In this document: positions 61,066-64,000 of the stretch, in pieces
How positions within the stretch are numbered: the first letter of the stretch is position 1
Layout of the letters: each line of letters starts with the position of its first letter
Source of the DNA: Oculina patagonica
Lineage: Eukaryota
NCBI RefSeq assembly: GCF_052425735.1
Contig: NC_135761.1
Coordinates: forward strand, 47,368,001 to 47,432,000
Direction of reading: 5' to 3'
Length of the DNA stretch: 64,000 bases
Made by a program: the position numbers and the translations under genes
Notes under the pieces: model-generated
Seen by the model: only the letters and a program-made list of their open reading frames with translations
Told to the model about the DNA's origin: nothing
Databases searched by the model: none

Positions 61066-64000
61066 TTATGGAAAACCATTTTCAGCGGCAGTCATGTTAT
61101 AATTCTGAACAAGACGAGCGAAGACTCCATTCTTATTCTGAAGCAAAACTTCAGGTTTGTCAAACTCAACCACTCGTCCCTGCTCCATAACCAACACTTT
61201 ATCATAGTCCATGATGGTGTTCAATCGATGAGCAATGGTTACTACTGTGGAATCGTTAAATCTGTTACGTATAACTTCTTGAATCAGTCTGTCGGTCTTG
61301 AAATCCACATTAGCAGTGGCTTCATCCAGGATGATGATCTTACTTCTTTGTAACAGCGCACGCGCTAAACAAAGCAATTGGCGCTCGCCAACACTGAAGT
61401 TGTTTCCAGACTCTCTCAACTTGTACTCCAGCTGGTCAGGTAATTGTTGTACCAGGGACTTTAACTGAACATCTTCCAAAGCACGCCACAGATCAAGATC
61501 TTGATATAAAGAGAATGGGTCCAGGTTCCTCCTGAGAGTGCCGCTAAAGAGGACAGGATCCTGAGTTATCACGGACATGGACCTGCGAGACGCCTGCAGA
61601 TTAAGATCCTTGATTGTCACACCGTCTATGATAACCTGTATAATAAAAGAGCAAACGCGTCAATTTGGTAATAAAGACATATCTTTGCAATGACAGTTAA
61701 TTAAAGTTATTAATGAGCATTACATTGTGCGAATGCACATACAAGTAAATAATGGTCAAAGAAGTTTCCCGATCTATAGAATAATAAAAGTCGGTTAGTA
61801 GATATTCTTCGTTCTTGTCCATGATGTAAGCTCTGCAAAATATCTTTCTTAAATTTCGTTTCTTTGCGAAGAATAAGAGTATAATAACACATAATTAATA
61901 TTGCACATAAATAACAGTTCTTATATAATTACCTCGCCTTCAGGTTCTTGCATTCGAAAGAAAGCCGCCACTAAAGAAGATTTCCCAGCTCCGGTGCGAC
62001 CTGCTACACCAACTTTTTCCTTATCACCAACACAGACGCTTATGTTCTTTAAAGTTGCTGGCGCTCCTTTTAAATATGTTAATGACAAGTCACGTAATGT
62101 CAAGGCGCCCGTTGTAGGCCACTCGGCAGGAGGAAGGGTTTCGGTGCTGTACCCAGGCTCTGGGTCGATTTCGGTGTATGTAAACACTCTTTCTACAGAG
62201 GTCATATAATTTTCTGTTTCCGAGGCGGCACGGATGCCATACTGTGAGGCTTCTAATGTCTCGGCTGCAAAGGTGAGGGACATCCCTGCCAAAGCTAAAA
62301 CAAAAATGAACTCAAGCTCATTCTTTGTTTCATGTTACTATATGAAATCAGGCTTTGCAATTGCTCTACTTGATTTGAAAAAAATTAGACGAGAGAAATC
62401 CATTAGGACGGCAGCTAGTTTTTAATCTTAAATTATGGTTAATAACAACAGCCAGCTACAACAAGAAAAGCGTCAAGGAAAAACACTCGATTAGTAAAAA
62501 GCGTTTCGGATATTTCATACAAGACCGAGCTGGTCTTCGTCGGTTAACTAATCATCATGATGGTGTTTGACTGGTCTGCCCACTTCCAAGAAGACAAAAC
62601 TTTACTTTTTACCGCCAGTTCACACACATACGCAAAGCCATTCCATTTTCAGTTGATCCTGTTCTCTCAGTTTGAATACACACTTCAGGTACCATGAATA
62701 CATTTTACAAAAACATTTTGTTTCGTAATCGTTGCAGGTCAGTCAGTTAGAAGTACAATTACGATAATTGTTAACGAAAGGAGCTGTACATTTAATAGAC
62801 AGACTTCGTAATTAAAAAGCAGAAAAAGGTCAAGCTACTTTTTAAAAGGACAAAATCAGAGCTGATATCAATTTCCAGTTGAACAAGCATAAAATAGCAC
62901 TGGGTGATCTCAATGTATAAAGTCCACCAATATACTCAGTCTGTCAGATAATGACACTTACCTGGACTTTGTGTTACAAATAATGCTCCAGCTGACACAG
63001 AAGTCACAAGAAAGTTAGTTAAGAGGTCTGCTCGAAGGGCAAGCCAACGTGTAGAGGCCTTCAATAATATCAGGGCTGCCGTGTTCTTGTCTTGATATCT
63101 AAAAAAACCCACTCAGCTTAATCATGATCTGGCTGACATGGACATTTTCGCATTTTAAAAACGCTGTAATGGCGTATAAATAGATGTCTGAACAAACACA
63201 GTTATAGTCCCAACAGGGAATTCGTGTTAGAAGCCGCAATCACAGCTACAGTTCAATCTCTGTTATATGGCCACCGAAGGTACTGAGCAAAGTGTCCGTA
63301 TTAGAGAGGTTTCCTTATATTACTGAGGTCACCACGGTCACCTCTCTAATATGGTATTCTCTCTATTACGGACAATCTCTGATGTGCCAACAAAGTTCTC
63401 ATATAATCCCTCTAGCAAAACCCTCTTTAATATGGACCCTCTCTAATATGGACAACGGACACTAAATTTCGGCCCCAGGCGAGTTTCACTGTTTATTATG
63501 GACTCCGGTGATCAGGCGATGATATTTTTTGTGTCCGTAATGTAATTTTTCTGTTTGTGGTTTGAAAAACAGCAAAGTATCCGAGACATTTTCGGAATTG
63601 TGCTTAATGTTGATTTTTTACCTGCAGAATTGCTATGCGTACATGTAGCAGATGTAAAATTTATTACCTTCCTGATAAACATTGTAACTCGATGCTGCTT
63701 TAAATGCAGTTAAAAGAGGAATAAGGGCCTCGGTTTAGTTAATTAATACTTTAAGCTTTTAAGTCAAAATGGTTAAGTTAAGTGTTAAAGTAGTTTCATT
63801 TATGACCTCTTTCTTAAACCGGTTATTGAACCTTATTTTTATAATTCTATAAAAAAGTAAAGTTGTATAACCATATATAATTTTTTAGTCAGCGACGGTT
63901 TAACATAAGTATACTTACTGGTAAAAGTTTCGAAGGAAATCGTCCTCCATCTCTGAAGAGCGAATTAATTCCAATCCTGCCACAGTATCAGCAATGAGGG
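61066..64000 (-). CDS. ABCC4: ABCC4/MRP4-like ABC exporter, copy D (3' part; continues beyond the window)
   Basis: Exons >64000-63919, 63098-62962, 62294-61933 and 61635-61066 match exons 4-7 of the other copies in phase, and the three complete exons match in length (137/362/570 bp). Confidence 0.9.
63248..63480. mobile_element. Tc1/mariner-type MITE fragments
   Basis: TACAGTTCAATCTCTG start and repeated CTCTCTAATATGGA motifs. It is not present in the same intron of the other copies. Confidence 0.5.

Noticed and set aside
57-62425. The many 60-135-aa ORFs in the supplied track
   Set aside because: They are antisense or alternate-frame shadows of ABCC and BEL exons, or chance ORFs in repeats. 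ORF ends at ABCC exons run into introns and are not true starts or stops.

Overview
AT-rich, repeat-dense animal genomic DNA with spliceosomal introns. The repeat types suggest a cnidarian, probably a stony coral, but that is inference. The window holds a tandem and inverted array of four paralogous short-type ABCC (ABCC4/MRP4-like) exporter genes. Copy A is on + (4768-18274), copies B (32422-23773) and C (50878-42632) are on -, and the 3' half of copy D is on - (64000-61066). I reconstructed exons by hand from splice signals and reading phase. A, B and C each have 7 coding exons. Exons 1-6 have identical lengths (516/380/1352/571/137/362 bp) and the frames are open, giving 1295, 1299 and 1295 aa. 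All three share a GC-AG first coding intron and a probable non-coding leader exon. The paralogues differ at predicted substrate-pocket residues, and only B carries a C-terminal PDZ-type motif. A very young BEL/Pao LTR retrotransposon (53188-60304; TG..TA LTRs, tRNA-Lys PBS, 5-bp TSD) sits at the inferred promoter of copy C. It is interrupted by an 853-bp TIR element with a 9-bp TSD and a RecQ-helicase remnant (AcademH-like). The rest is a nested mosaic of a 6.6-kb Helentron/HINE-like element, MITEs, tRNA-SINEs, Penelope and Gypsy fragments, and non-coding A..A'B..B' foldback elements. There is one 153-N gap, plus two G-rich stretches that look artefactual.
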